Positions 26,001 through 37,440 of a stretch of DNA of 64,000 nt are shown in pieces (position 1 is the first letter of the stretch; each line of letters starts with the position of its first letter). The notes under the pieces are model-generated. The model saw only the letters and a list, made by a program, of their open reading frames with translations, did no database searches and was not told the origin of the DNA. This DNA is from Macrostomum hystrix (Eukaryota > Animalia > Platyhelminthes). The position numbers and the translations under genes were made by a program. Location of the stretch: assembly GCA_950097015.1 (NCBI GenBank), contig CATNEN010000005.1:5828001-5892000 (forward strand), written 5' to 3'.

Positions 26001-29000
26001 GTGTGAGAGATTGATAGTAAGTTTGAGAGATTGATAGTAAGTTTGAGAGATTGATAGTAAGTTTGAGAGATTGATAGTGAGTTTGAAAGATTGATAGTAT
26101 GTGTGAGAGATTGATAGTAAGTGTGAGAGATTGATAGTAAGTTTGAGAGATTGATAGTGAGTTTGAAAGATTGATAGTATGTGTGAGAGATTGATAGTAA
26201 GTTTTAGTGATTGATAGTGAATGTTGGTAGTTAGTATAATTGACATAGTGAGTAGGAATATGGGTGATTTTGAGAGTGATATATGATGATCCAGTGAGGG
26301 GGCGAGTGACAGTGACACTAAGCTTACGGATGAAAGTGAGAACTTATGCCAGTCGGCTCATTCTTTTTCAGCTTCACAAGCGCTCTCCAATCAGGGATTT
26401 TGATAAAACTATATCCCCAAACTATCCATTTCCGGAAGAAGGCTGAAATGGTTGGCAATAGGTCAGAACGATTTCACTAAACATCGCTTCATACAAATCT
26501 GTATTCCTATCGCGTGCTGAGAGAAGTGACAAATCTGGATGCACAGCAACAAATATTCTTCTTTTTGAGCACGAGAAAAACTTGTTAATCATTTTTGTTT
26601 TAATCCACTAGCAAAAGCATCTCTCTGAAATCCTATAATAATAATAATAATTTGACACTAGACCCAAGGGCCAGTGCAGGTGTTGTGTGTCAAGCACACT
26701 AGCAGGTGGGGACTGCACACCTATTGTACTCTCGGCTCTCTCGGACACCGGTTGACAGCCGCGTGTCAGCAATGGAATTTATTTTTTCCAAACATATCGG
26801 CAGCATCCAAACCCCACAGATTTGCCGCACAGAACTGCTTTATTCCACGCCAGCCGGAATTATTATTACCCGACGAAATGTCGGTACTCATTTGCAGCTG
26901 AGTAGACTGTGAGCACATCAGGGCAAAGCAGCTTGCCAAAGGCTGCACGAATAGTTCTAGACTAGGTCGGGAGACGAACCCAGGACCATCTGATCCAGAG
27001 TCCGACACCTTACTGACTGAGCTATCCGCCCTCATATACGCAACTTCAAAACTTCAAAGCAATTTTTAGCTTTTTGTCTATGGCCTAACCCTATTCAAGC
27101 AATATAATCTTTTATAAACAAGTGATTAATTTAAAATATTATTTATTAGTAAAAATATCAATGTAACGTACTTTTTGTAGGCTTTTATGTTAAGGAAAAG
27201 TTAGCTTGTTTGTTTTTGAAAGTTCATCACCTGCACTAATATTGACTAGCTAAAAAATGTAAAAATTACACATTCACTGTGCCTTGGAGGTTGGCCCTCA
27301 AAGGCGTAAATATCACGACAAGCCCCCAAGCCTTCTCTCGGCGGCTGCGCCCCAAATGAATGCGGCCTCGCCGCGGAATCGAACTCAGGGACCTTGGCGC
27401 GAGAGGCGAACGCGTTAGACCATTGTGCCACATTAATCAAATCTCAGGACGAAACAAAACTGTTAGACAAAACAAACATTTATTAAATTTGAATTATAGT
27501 GTTTTCTTTCAATAAGTGATCGCAGACCTTCAAGGCTGAAACTAATCGCACAAGACACGGATAGTGTACAACACCTACCAACCCCAGGCAAGCCACCACC
27601 TGTCGCAGAGACATCGCATTGGCCAATTCTCTCTGACTGGCCAATGAGCGCCTTCGTCCGTTACCGCCGCCGCTGCCGCCTCCACCACCCGGTGGCGACT
27701 TATTGGTCTCGATATTCGACGAGCTAATCTTCGAGTAGTCAGTCTGAGCAGGGCCTAAGACAGAAGCAGCAGCAGCAGCAGCAGCAGAGGTTGGCAGTAA
27801 AGCCGTGGCAACACACGAGGCGGTGTGAGATCGAGCACGATGCTTATGCTGCTCCTGTTGCTGCTGCTGCTGTTGCTGTTGCTGCTGCTGTTGGTGACGA
27901 AAGCTGGCGTAGAGCTGCTGCTGCTGCTGCTGACGATGCAGATATTGCTGATCCCATTTGTACTGATACAAAGGAGTTTGTTAAATATAAACTGATGATT
28001 TAAAAACAATCATTTTAATATAATTTGATGCATGCGAATTCGGTGCAATGTATCTAAATAGTGCATTTTTTAAATACCAAATTTTGTCTGAATATAAAAC
28101 TAGGCATGCCTTTAAATCAACGGGTTAAAGCAAAGTCTCAGCATTTTCAATATTACGCAACATGCATTTAGATAACTATGATGGTAAAATATCATAATAC
28201 TTTTCTTAAAAATAATATTTTTACAAAAATGATATTGAAACTATCGTTCTAATTACAACAAATAAAACAATTAAAGCAAAATCTAAAAGCAACTGTGCAC
28301 ATTTAAAACAAAAATGTATTCAAAGTGAAAAATTCAATGCCTATTAATTAGTAAAAAACAAAATTAATTTGATTTATCTAGGGAATTTCACTAAAAATGA
28401 CACATGTAAAATCCATGTGCATTTCAGGAAATCCAATGGGGTTTCCCAAACCAAGGACGCTGGTAAATCCAAGATGGGGTTTCCCAAACCAATGACGCTG
28501 GGAAATCCAAGCTGGGGTTTCCCAAACCAATGACGCTGGGAAATCAAAGATAGGGTTTCCCAAACCAAGGACGCTGGGAAATCCAAGCTGGGGTTTCCCA
28601 AACCAAGGACGCTGGGAAATCCAAGCTGGGGTTTCCCAAACCAGGGACAAAGGGAAATCAAGGATATTTATCAAGGTAGGGACGCTGGGAAATCCAATGG
28701 CGTTTCCCAAACCAGGGACAAAGGGAAATCAAGGATACGTATCAAGGTAGGGACGCTGGGAATACCAATGGGGTTTCCCAAACCAGGGACAAAGGGAAAT
28801 CAAGGATACGTATCAAGGTAGGGACGCTGGGAATACCAATGGGGTTTCCCAAACCAGGGACAAAGGGAAATCAAGGATATGTATCAAGGTAGGGACGCTG
28901 GGAAATCAAGAGGATCAAGAGTCAGAACAACAATTTTCTTTTTTTCTGAATTTTTTATAGTAGAAATTCGCACAGAATTTTAGTCTCACTCGTAATAAAT

Positions 29001-32000
29001 TTCGTTAGTACTCGTATAGTTTAAACTAAAAAACTAATAAAAGCCAACTCACATCGTTGACGGATAGAGAATGGGAACTAGCTGCGGCACCCGAATGCGG
29101 CTGTGGTGGCGACAACAATGGCTGCTGCTGCTGCTGCTGCTGGAGCAAAATCAGTGGCGGCAGTTTAGCCGGAGTCACAGGCGCCACCCCGGCAGAGGCG
29201 GCAACAGCTGACGGCGCGTCCAGCGACTGTCGACGTGGCGCGTCGAAAACTGCAAACGCCGACGGCGCAGAAGACGACGACTCGACGACTGGCTCCGATG
29301 AGGAACCACCGGTTGCCAATGACGCTAATGCGATAGGAGCGGCAACATCAAAGGATGTTGCCGGCTCATTGTTAGCTGCGTCAGAAGATAAGAAAATATC
29401 GAACGATTGCTGCTGTTGCGTCACAGCTTCGTTGGTTGTCATTAGCAACGCGGAGGCTGTTGAGGATGGAGGATGTGGATGCAGCTGATAATGACGAGAA
29501 AACTGAGCATGTTGCTGCTGCTGCTGTTGCTGCGGCTGCTGTTGACTCAGACGACAATCAGACGATTGCGAGCCAAAGTAACGCCGAACACTTGGCTTTG
29601 GTGTCGACCCGATGCTGACGTCGTCGTCGTCGTCAAGACTAGAGCTGGAGTCGGGCGGTTCGATGTCGTCTAGATCATTCCACATCGATTCTTCCTGTTG
29701 CATCTCAAGCTGCGAGAAAATTATGAAACTATTATTTTAAGACAGTATTTGAGAATATTAGTATACTTAACGTCTAATTTTAACCTTGCAAGCTAAAAAT
29801 AGAATCTAAAAGGATAACAGGGCAGATATAAGACATGGTATTATATTAAACAGGCGAGAGATAAGACAGGGGAAAGATGAGACGGGAGATATTAGATAGG
29901 GGATATATAAGATAGGAGAGATTAGGCAGGGGAGAGATTAGCTAGGGGATAGATTAGACGGAAGATACGAGCGTATTAGACAGGTGTGAGATTTTGCAGG
30001 GGTGAAATTAGACAAAGGAGATGACACGAGAGAGATAAGACGGAAAATATAAGACTAGGGACTGGGGAACTGACAGAGGTCAGACAGGAAGGGATGAAAC
30101 CAATACTAATACTAATGAGAGGGAGAAAGTAGACACGGAAGTGAAGCACAAGAGATAAGACACGGAATTGGCAAAAGCGCTGAATTCAGAAGCATTGTGG
30201 GCCGTATCTGGCCCGCTAGCTAGAGTGTGCCAAACGCTGGCAAATACAGTGTCAAGAAAGATTAGGCCAAGCAGACCACAATCAATTGTACCCCTCCGAA
30301 ACCCAGAAAGTCGATTACATAATAGCAGGAACAATAGCACACTTGAAAATTAAAATTGGGCATTAAAATACGAGGGGGGTTATTTGCTAGTCTAATATAC
30401 TAGAAATTGTGAGTAAAGCACGTCGACATGCTAAGTATGCATTTATCATAAAAATTCAAACTCTGATTATAAAATTACTGACAAGATACGAGTATAAGGG
30501 ATATGATTTCTAGTTCTCTACTAAATACTTGTAGAATCGATAAGATTCGCTGTGAACGAATAATAATCCAAAAAGGACAGCAAGCTATCCATGAGAAAAT
30601 GTCAGTCAGTAAAGAAAGTGCACAGATGTAGAGATAAGCATAAACTAACAAACTGGCAACTGCATCCAACTGTACCCCTACAGGGGGGTATATATATAGT
30701 ATTTAACTAAGGTACGCAAATGAATCGTATTTACTATATAGTAATAAGGGAAATATACGAGGTGCATTCAAAAAGTTCTTTTCGGTCCTTTGGCATTGTT
30801 TTGTAAATGACACACAGATCAAAATTTTTTCGAATGCTGCAAGTTAAGTTTATGGCCTAAACCTTCCTGAGTTTTTAAGCCTTAGCTGGTGACTGTGTCT
30901 GAGCTACAAGCAATTTTTTAAGCTACCCTTCTATTTCTTGGCCATGGCAGAATCTTTTTCAAAGCAAGACGTTCGGAGCTTGATGAAGTTCCAATTCCTG
31001 CAAGGAAAGAAACCTCCGGAGATGTTTAGAGAGCTTCAGCAAGTGTTTGGTGACAGTGCACCAACTGAACAGACTGTTCGAAAGTGGTTCCGGTTGTTCG
31101 CTGAAGGCAGAGAGAGCGTCGAGGACAACGAACGCTCTGGAAGACCGATGACTGCCACCAACGAGACCGTGGTGAAGAAAGTGCAGGAGCTCCTGGATGA
31201 TGATCGCAGACTGACTTGCGAAGAGCTGTCAGAAGATGTCGGAGTGTCAGTTGGCAGTGTGCACACCATTCTGACAGAGCGTCTCAACTTGCAGAAGAAA
31301 TTCAGCAAGTGGGTGCCACACCTGCTGACAGGTGAGCAGACGATGCAACGTGCTCTGGCCGCCACCAACCACCTGCGCCGTTTCCAGCGAGAAGGAGAGA
31401 ATTTTCTTTCGAGAATCGTTGCCGGAGATGAAACATGGGTTTATAGCTGGGATCCGGAGACAAAGGCCCAGTCTGCTGAATGGCTTCCAGCCGATTCTCC
31501 AAGGCCTCAGAAGGCCATCAGGAAGCAGGGTGCATTGAAGATCATGCACGTCATGTTTTTTGATGTCCAGGGAATTCTGCTGAACTGGGCAGTCCCACAT
31601 GGAACAACTGTGAATGGGGACTATTATAGATGGATTCTGCAAGAGAAGCTGCGCCCGGCGATTCGAAAGAAGCGCCCTGGTTTGCTGGAGTCTGGTGTGA
31701 TCTTGCTGCATGACAATGCGCCGGCTCATCGCAAGCACAATGTTGTCGAACTCCTGAGCGGTTGGGGCTGGGAAGTGCTGCAACATCCGCCCTACTCGCC
31801 CGATTTGTCACCCTGTGACTTCTTCCTATTCCCATCTGTGAAGAAGCACCTTCGGGGCATTCGATTCGACAGCGTCGAGCACATCAAAGCTGCTTGCCAA
31901 GGTGCGGTGCGTGAAACGGACGCGAGAGGCGTGGGTACTGGAATCAGAGGTCTGGTGCATCGCTGGCAGAAGTGCAAGGACATTGGCGGTGAATATGTTG

Positions 32001-35000
32001 AGTGACCGAATGACATTGAATGACCTAAACATGTTTTCATTGTTCCATACGTTTTTTGTTAATTTTTGCTGAGCACCGAAAAGAACTTTTTGAATGCACC
32101 TCGTATCTTAGCCCGTTATAAACCAAATTAATGTCAATCACAGTGTAAGCTATATTGGCTATATTTGCATACGCGTTTAGACCCACACTACTGAAAGAAG
32201 ATAGGTTTGGTGCTACCGAGAATTGGCCGAAAAGTGCATGTCCTAACCCTAAGTCCGATGGGATAAACAATTTACTGTACTAAAGACAGAAATGAAGAGG
32301 AGAAAGAGAGAAAGAGAAACTTAGCAGCTGTGTCTGCAAGCAAGCAAAGTTTTTTCCCAGTACTTTGGGTACATTGCAGGCAATCTACCTCAAAGTTGAC
32401 TGCTACAGAACTGGTACAGAACGAAACTATAAATTCCCGATCCATAGTAAGGTTCTGTAGCTAAATCTTCGTCTGGGCGAAATGTTCTGCAAGCTACACA
32501 GAATAGAACATGATTGAAAAGGTAGCAATGAATAAGAATGGAATGCATATATAACAGAATAAGACGTCTTGAACTGACACAGGCTGACACCCAGAACTGA
32601 CACAGACTGACATCCAGAACTGACACAGACTGACACCCAGAACTGACACAGACTGACACCCAGAACTGACACAGACAAACACCCAAAACTGACACAGACA
32701 GACACCTAGAACTGACATTCCCAATTGAATTTAAATACTTGTACTGTGTTGTTTTACTTAGCACAGACTGACACCTAGAACTGACACAGACAGACACCAA
32801 GAACTGACACCGACACCTAGTACTGACAGACACCCAGAACTGACACGGACATCAGTACTGACAGACACCCAGAACTGACACAAACAGACACCCAGAACGG
32901 ACACAAACAGACACCTAGAACTGACACAAATAGACACCCAGAACTGACACAGAAAACCCAGAACTGACACAGACACCGAGAACTGACATAGACACCCAGA
33001 AATCACACAGGCACCCAGAAGTGACACAGATACCCAGAACTGACACAGACACCCAGAACTGACACAGACACCGAGAACTGACACAGGCACCCAGAAATCA
33101 CACAGGCACCCAGAAGTGACACAGAAAACCCAGAACTGACACAGAAAACCGCGGGAACAGACACTCAGAAATGACACAAAAAGATACATAAAACTGACAC
33201 ATACAAACACTTAGATCTGACAGAATGAATTACAGAACCAGTAATAATAAAGCAGCGAAATTTACAGGCATTACAAATCTATCACCTAAGAAATACAGCT
33301 TATCTGCTTTCTTGACCTTCTCTAAGGAGATTCAATTAGCTAATCCCTAAAGCCAGCCAATTTCCTATGTCAAAGCTGCTGCAGTCTAATTGCTAAGGCT
33401 TTGTCCTATTTTTATCCTGTCGCTTTACAATCCAGCAGCTAAGAACCAGCTCAATATTACCGTTTCATTTCGACGCGGCAATCTATTTTTCAAAGCTCAG
33501 CTTAATTTAGGCTTCTTTTTTAGAAGCAATCAGCTTCCAAGTGTGCGACTAATTTGTGCGACAACCGAGAATATAGCTAATACGAGAATAGTCTAAATAT
33601 GGAACGTTGATAAAGTATGGGTGCGTAGGTGTATTCGCAAAAAAACCAGGCAATCAGGGCGAGAAAGATTGAAGGCAGACATTAGCTAGGAAGAATTTGT
33701 GCATTCCTGAAAAAAAATTTCTTCGCACGAAAGATTAACTTCTTCAAGTAGGGGAGAGAGGGAAAGACAGGGATTGAAATGGGGATCGCTGCGCCGCACG
33801 GGATGTTCTGAAGAACTGGGAGAATAGACAGCCCTTATCTCCCGCTGCCAATCTGAAAATGCTTTAACAAAAAATCACCTTTGTTCACCTTAGGCTCGCC
33901 TGTGATGCCTGCAAGCTACGAAATCTTTTCCCCTTGGAAAAATGACATATTTTAGTGACATTTCCAATCCAAATATGGACCCCAAAAAACGGATGACTCA
34001 TTATTGCACGCTTGAAAGTAAATAAACAAACTGAAATTCACGGAAGCCATAAAGCGCACGCGGGAACTTAAAAACTAAAAAACGGTTAGCAAGAAATAAC
34101 CGCAAACCTACCTCAAAATTGTGACCAGGCTTCAACTTTCTAGACTTTAAAATCGTTGAAAAACTTTCGTCCATAAATAGTTTTAGCTTCTGACGCCACT
34201 CCTTGGGCTGAAAAGAAAATTTCTTTGTGAATTAATAAAGACTCGACTAAGACCCAGTTGTCCCTATCAGAAAATTTCGAATATTTTTACAAGCTCTTAA
34301 TAACCTTTGCTCCAAACACTGCTTCTTTCTTTGCTTTCGCGGCCGCGGCGGCGGCAGCAGCAGCAGCAGTCGCCGCCGTAGCAGCAGCCGAAGCGGCTTC
34401 TTCGTCGTCAACCGGGCCAACATCGTCGTCCTCGCTGGCAGCTCCGAGATAATCGTCATCATCGACAGTTGGTGGAGCGGCGGGAATGGAAGCAGCGGCG
34501 GCTGCGGCGGTAGCAGAGCTGGCCTTGCTAGCCCGGGTTGCAGGAGCTGGCAAAGTTTCCAAGCGAACTACATGCAGATAACCGATTGGCTGTTGCTGGT
34601 GCACAGATTTCTGCTGCTTATTGGAGGTGACAATCGACTCAGGCAGTAGAGGTAGTCGAGTATCAGTTAGTCGCATCTGTAAAATATCTGTCAGATTAAC
34701 ACAGGCGGCGCCCAACGTTTTGAAGCCAAGATTTTTATACTTTCTACGTCGCTGGATCATGACTAGCAATGGATTGTCCCGCTTAATAGCGTGCGGATAC
34801 TGGATTTCAACTAGGATCCGACGCTCCTGCTGTTGCATCTGACTATCTAGCGACGATAGGGAACTATTGACATTGCCAATCTGACCAAGGCTTGGCAGTG
34901 GCGGCGGCGGCGGAATCTGCTGAGATCGAAGAGCTCGCTGAGCGGGCATCTTGATGGCCAGATAGACTGGGCCAGCATAAGCTGATGGACCAGATGGTGT

Positions 35001-36119
35001 ACCAGTGTGTCCACTGACAGAGACATCGTTGCCAGTTGTACCAATGCCAGCTGTTGATGATGTATGCACAGCTGTGCCACTTGATGAAGGACAGTTTAAA
35101 CATAGCTGATCGATTTCCATGTAGAGCAGTCTAAAAAAATATTAAAAAGTCTTAATTGAAAAAAGAAATATAAATTTTCATTAATTTCAATTTTTCCATT
35201 TACTGAATATTTAATACAGAAATACAGAATCAACCTTATTTGTATCTTTAGTATAAGAAGTAAAAGTAAAAAAACACATCCTTAATTTTTGTCATTAGCT
35301 TAAGACAACAAGAACTAGACTACGTTTTTAATCTAAAAAATAAGATAATCAAATAAATAATTCCTTTATTTCTTTATTTTTAAGACGAAAACATTGGTTA
35401 ACTATTGCTTTTAACAAGACATTTCAGCCAATATTAAATTATTGGCAAGGACTGGCAAGGACTGAATTTATCATAGAAATCCAAAATCAGAGAGCTACTT
35501 TAATAGTATCTTTCAATTTCTTTATCATCACATATGTTTGGTATGCTACACTCTTGGGTTCCATAGCTAGCAACTAAGTCTGACTATATGAAGTTAAATA
35601 TAGCATACACCTACTCAACCTTTCTTAAAATAAAATAATGTAGCAATACTAGTTCAATAAAATTTCAAGTGTATATATTACGAATTCCCTTTATAAAAAA
35701 ATCTACATAATAAGCAGTATAATTTTCTAATTTCAGTAGTAGAACTTATAGGTACTCTAAAAAAGTTGTCCTTTTAAGATATTTCTTAGTATATTTGCAA
35801 GCTTAGGCTTAGCTGACTATCTTCTCCTCAACAATCGAATAATTTTAAAAGCGAGACTTGAACACTACATGTAAAACTCTCATTATATTATTACATCATA
35901 AAAACTTTACATTCAGCTAGCATTTATACATCTAATCGCTATGTAAGTATTCACAATCTTAAATTGTAAAATAAAAATTAGGAAAATAAAATAAAATGAA
36001 CAAACAATTATTGTCTCCATCCGAATAACATACCTAGGAACAACAGAAGGTGATGATTTCTCATTGTCCCAAAATGCTGAAATCCTATCACAATAAGGCT
36101 TTTTCATATTAGCAGCCAT
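19848..36119 (-). CDS. PACS1/PACS2: Phosphofurin acidic cluster sorting protein (PACS1/PACS2-like), spliced. Predicted exons 36119-36033, 35130-~34305, 29709-29053, 27962-27600, 25308-25213, 24462-23845, 23073-22725, 20885-20784, 19975-19848
   Basis: Furin-binding region (FWDNEKSSPSVVPR|LL..., QYPHAIKRDN..MIQRRRKYKNLGFKTL), middle region (WNDLDDIEPPDS...STPKPSVRRYF), C-terminal PACS domain ([91 protein letters not shown]-stop). Splice phases match at the junctions; the exon 2 donor is weak and uncertain. Confidence 0.92.
20130..20620. repeat. Degenerate purine-rich array of about 38 bp (GGGAGAGGGTGAGATTGAT...), PACS intron 8
   Basis: Recurring GAGAGGGTGAGATTGA units. Confidence 0.8.
20975..21215 (+). 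mobile_element. SINE family A copy (PACS intron 7)
   Basis: CTCGATTCCGCGACGAGGCC...GGCACAGTGAGAGTGTACAC...GATGAGAAAGTCAGGGCAGATGTACAC...GTGTCACCAAATG. Confidence 0.78.
21240..22620. repeat. 20-bp minisatellite (ATCCGTAATTAGCTACACTA)n, PACS intron 7
   Basis: Visible tandem units. Confidence 0.96.
23130..23450. repeat. Degenerate array of about 18 bp (AAGAATCCTGTATTTCT)n, PACS intron 6
   Basis: Visible but decayed units. Confidence 0.8.
24505..25200. repeat. 15-bp minisatellite (ATGAATCTGGGATTT)n, PACS intron 5
   Basis: Visible tandem units. Confidence 0.96.
25860..26270. repeat. 20-bp minisatellite (GAGAGATTGATAGTAAGTGT)n, PACS intron 4
   Basis: Visible tandem units. Confidence 0.92.
26635..27032 (-). 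mobile_element. Apparently full-length tRNA-derived SINE (family C) with CORE-like middle and (ATT)n tail, in PACS intron 4
   Basis: Minus strand reads GGGCGGATAGCTCAGTCAGTAAGG (A box)...GGTCCTGGGTTCGTCTCCC (B box), then GCCTTTGGCAAGCTGCTTTGCCC...CAGTCTACTCAGCTGCAAATGAGTACC, and ends CAAATTATTATTATTAT. Confidence 0.8.
27250..27440 (-). mobile_element. SINE family A, 5' half
   Basis: Reverse complement TGGCACAATGGTCTAACGCGTTCGCCTCTCGCGCCAAGGTCCCTGAGTTCGATTCC matches the 57908 copy. Confidence 0.82.
28430..28910. repeat. Compound array of about 39 and 79 bp built on GGGTTTCCCAAACC / GGACGCTGGGAAAT, PACS intron 3
   Basis: Visible tandem units with two periodicities. Confidence 0.9.
29810..30243 (-). 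mobile_element. Degenerate copy of the hAT MITE
   Basis: Reverse complement of 30195-30240 reads CAGCGTTTGGCACACTCTAGCTAGCGGGCCAGATACGGCCC, similar to the left end at 47941. A decayed GAGAGATAAGACAGGG-type repeat lies at 29810-30090. Confidence 0.6.
30758..32103 (+). mobile_element. Complete mariner (Tc1/mariner, DD34D) transposon, irritans/Hsmar2-like TIRs, inserted antisense in PACS intron 2
   Basis: Perfect 29-bp TIRs CGAGGTGCATTCAAAAAGTTCTTTTCGGT (30758-30786; 32075-32103), TA target duplication at 30756-57 and 32104-05, length 1346 bp. Confidence 0.97.
30944..32005 (+). CDS. Mariner transposase, 353 aa, uninterrupted
   Basis: N-terminal HTH region (FQFLQGKKPPEMFRELQQVFG...VRKWFRLF), WVPHLL linker, catalytic GDETW / HDNA / YSPDLSPCD with 34 residues between the 2nd and 3rd Asp. 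Confidence 0.97.
   Translation: MAESFSKQDVRSLMKFQFLQGKKPPEMFRELQQVFGDSAPTEQTVRKWFRLFAEGRESVEDNERSGRPMTATNETVVKKVQELLDDDRRLTCEELSEDVGVSVGSVHTILTERLNLQKKFSKWVPHLLTGEQTMQRALAATNHLRRFQREGENFLSRIVAGDETWVYSWDPETKAQSAEWLPADSPRPQKAIRKQGALKIMHVMFFDVQGILLNWAVPHGTTVNGDYYRWILQEKLRPAIRKKRPGLLESGVILLHDNAPAHRKHNVVELLSGWGWEVLQHPPYSPDLSPCDFFLFPSVKKHLRGIRFDSVEHIKAACQGAVRETDARGVGTGIRGLVHRWQKCKDIGGEYVE
32560..33200. repeat. About 20-bp minisatellite (GACACCCAGAACTGACACA)n, PACS intron 2
   Basis: Visible tandem units in two blocks. Confidence 0.9.
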
Positions 36120-37219
36120 CAAAAGCTACTTTTTGACTTAGCAAATTCAACTCTTAATAGCTAAGTGAAGTACTTGTTAGATAATAATCTTAAACGTAAA
36201 TGAGCAGGTCGAATGCTTGAAATATACAACAAAAAATTCAAACTCGCGTCTTAGCGAAAGATATATATTTATATTAAAGCTTTGGCGAGCTTGATGGACA
36301 GTTGCTGTATAACATTACATGTTCTTAGAATATGTATACAAGTTACACATTAAAAAGAGAATCACGTGGAAACATAGCTCTTGCAAAAATGTTTCGTAAT
36401 AAACATTATAAGCTCTTTAGTTTTCTTTTTAACTGGAAAAAATATTATAAGTTTAGTAATTCTAAAAAAGGCAGTTTTGCAAAGTGTTTTTGTTTTAATA
36501 AAAATGAAAACCGTTTTGTTTTTTAAAGGCGTAGAATAGATAGAGACACACAGGAGCTAATGAGCTCTTGCGCACACGCGAAACATGCAGACGGGAGCGG
36601 CATGCAGCTGTGGCCGGGGGACTGAGACTCAACCCCTGCCAGTCAGCCATAAAATAGTCAGTCAACGTCACAGTTCACCCTTGGCCTCTCGGCGCTTCCG
36701 CTCCGTCGGCTGGTACAGGAGGGCCAAGTGCCAAAGGGACTTTAAAGGCGTGCTGCGAACAGTTTGTATTTTTAAAAGGGCTTGTTAATGAGACGTTTTT
36801 AGTTTTTTTTTACCCTAAAGCCCATAAAGTTAAAAAGCTGACTACTGTATTTTCCCCAGTTCACCTTGGATATTCCCATTCCCAGGCTTCAAAACTCAAC
36901 CTTGTCAAGGAGTTTGAGTCTGTCAAGGGTATTCAATCGGCAAATCAACAGCAAACCGGAAATTCTGTTTACCCTTTCTCCACTAGAATTCTAATTTTAT
37001 TATTAATTAATTAACAAATTTAATATTAATTTGTACGTCCTATAGTAAAAATTTTTAGCGGCCTTCTCTATCATGTAACGGTTTCCACTCCTGGTCTTTG
37101 CACCTGCAGCGTGGTGCATAATCCATGATTACTGGCTGAATCATGCTGGCTCTAGGACTTATAGGACTATGATTATGCCGCTATAAAGAAAGCAGCATGC
37201 ATGTTTTAAAATGTGTGTC

Positions 37220-37440
37220 GGGGTGACTGGCAGAGTGGTTAACAGGGATCGTCTCTCGCACTAAAGTCCCCCAACTCGATTCCGCGGCGAGGCCAGATTC
37301 ATTTGAAGTACGACCGCGGAGAGAAGGCTTGGTGGGTTGTCATGCAATTTACGCCTTTGAGGCCCAAACACCATGGCACAGTGACAGTGCTGTACTCTAC
37401 CTGACACGCCCTGCGTTAGTGTCTGCTCAAGAGTCAGCAA
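37220..37440 (+). mobile_element. SINE family A copy, diverged
   Basis: TGGCAGAGTGG...CTCGATTCCGCGGCGAGGCC...CGCGGAGAGAAGGCTTGG...GGCACAGTG. Confidence 0.75.

Noticed and set aside
26960-27032. tRNA-like sequences here and at 27370-27440, 50615, 56265, 57910, 58500 and 62240-62420
   Set aside because: A and B boxes are present but acceptor and anticodon stems pair poorly and each continues into a shared repeat body, so they are SINE heads rather than tRNA genes.
30080-30353. ORFs that might supply a missing PACS exon
   Set aside because: No PACS-like residues in any frame; the region overlaps a degenerate hAT MITE end.
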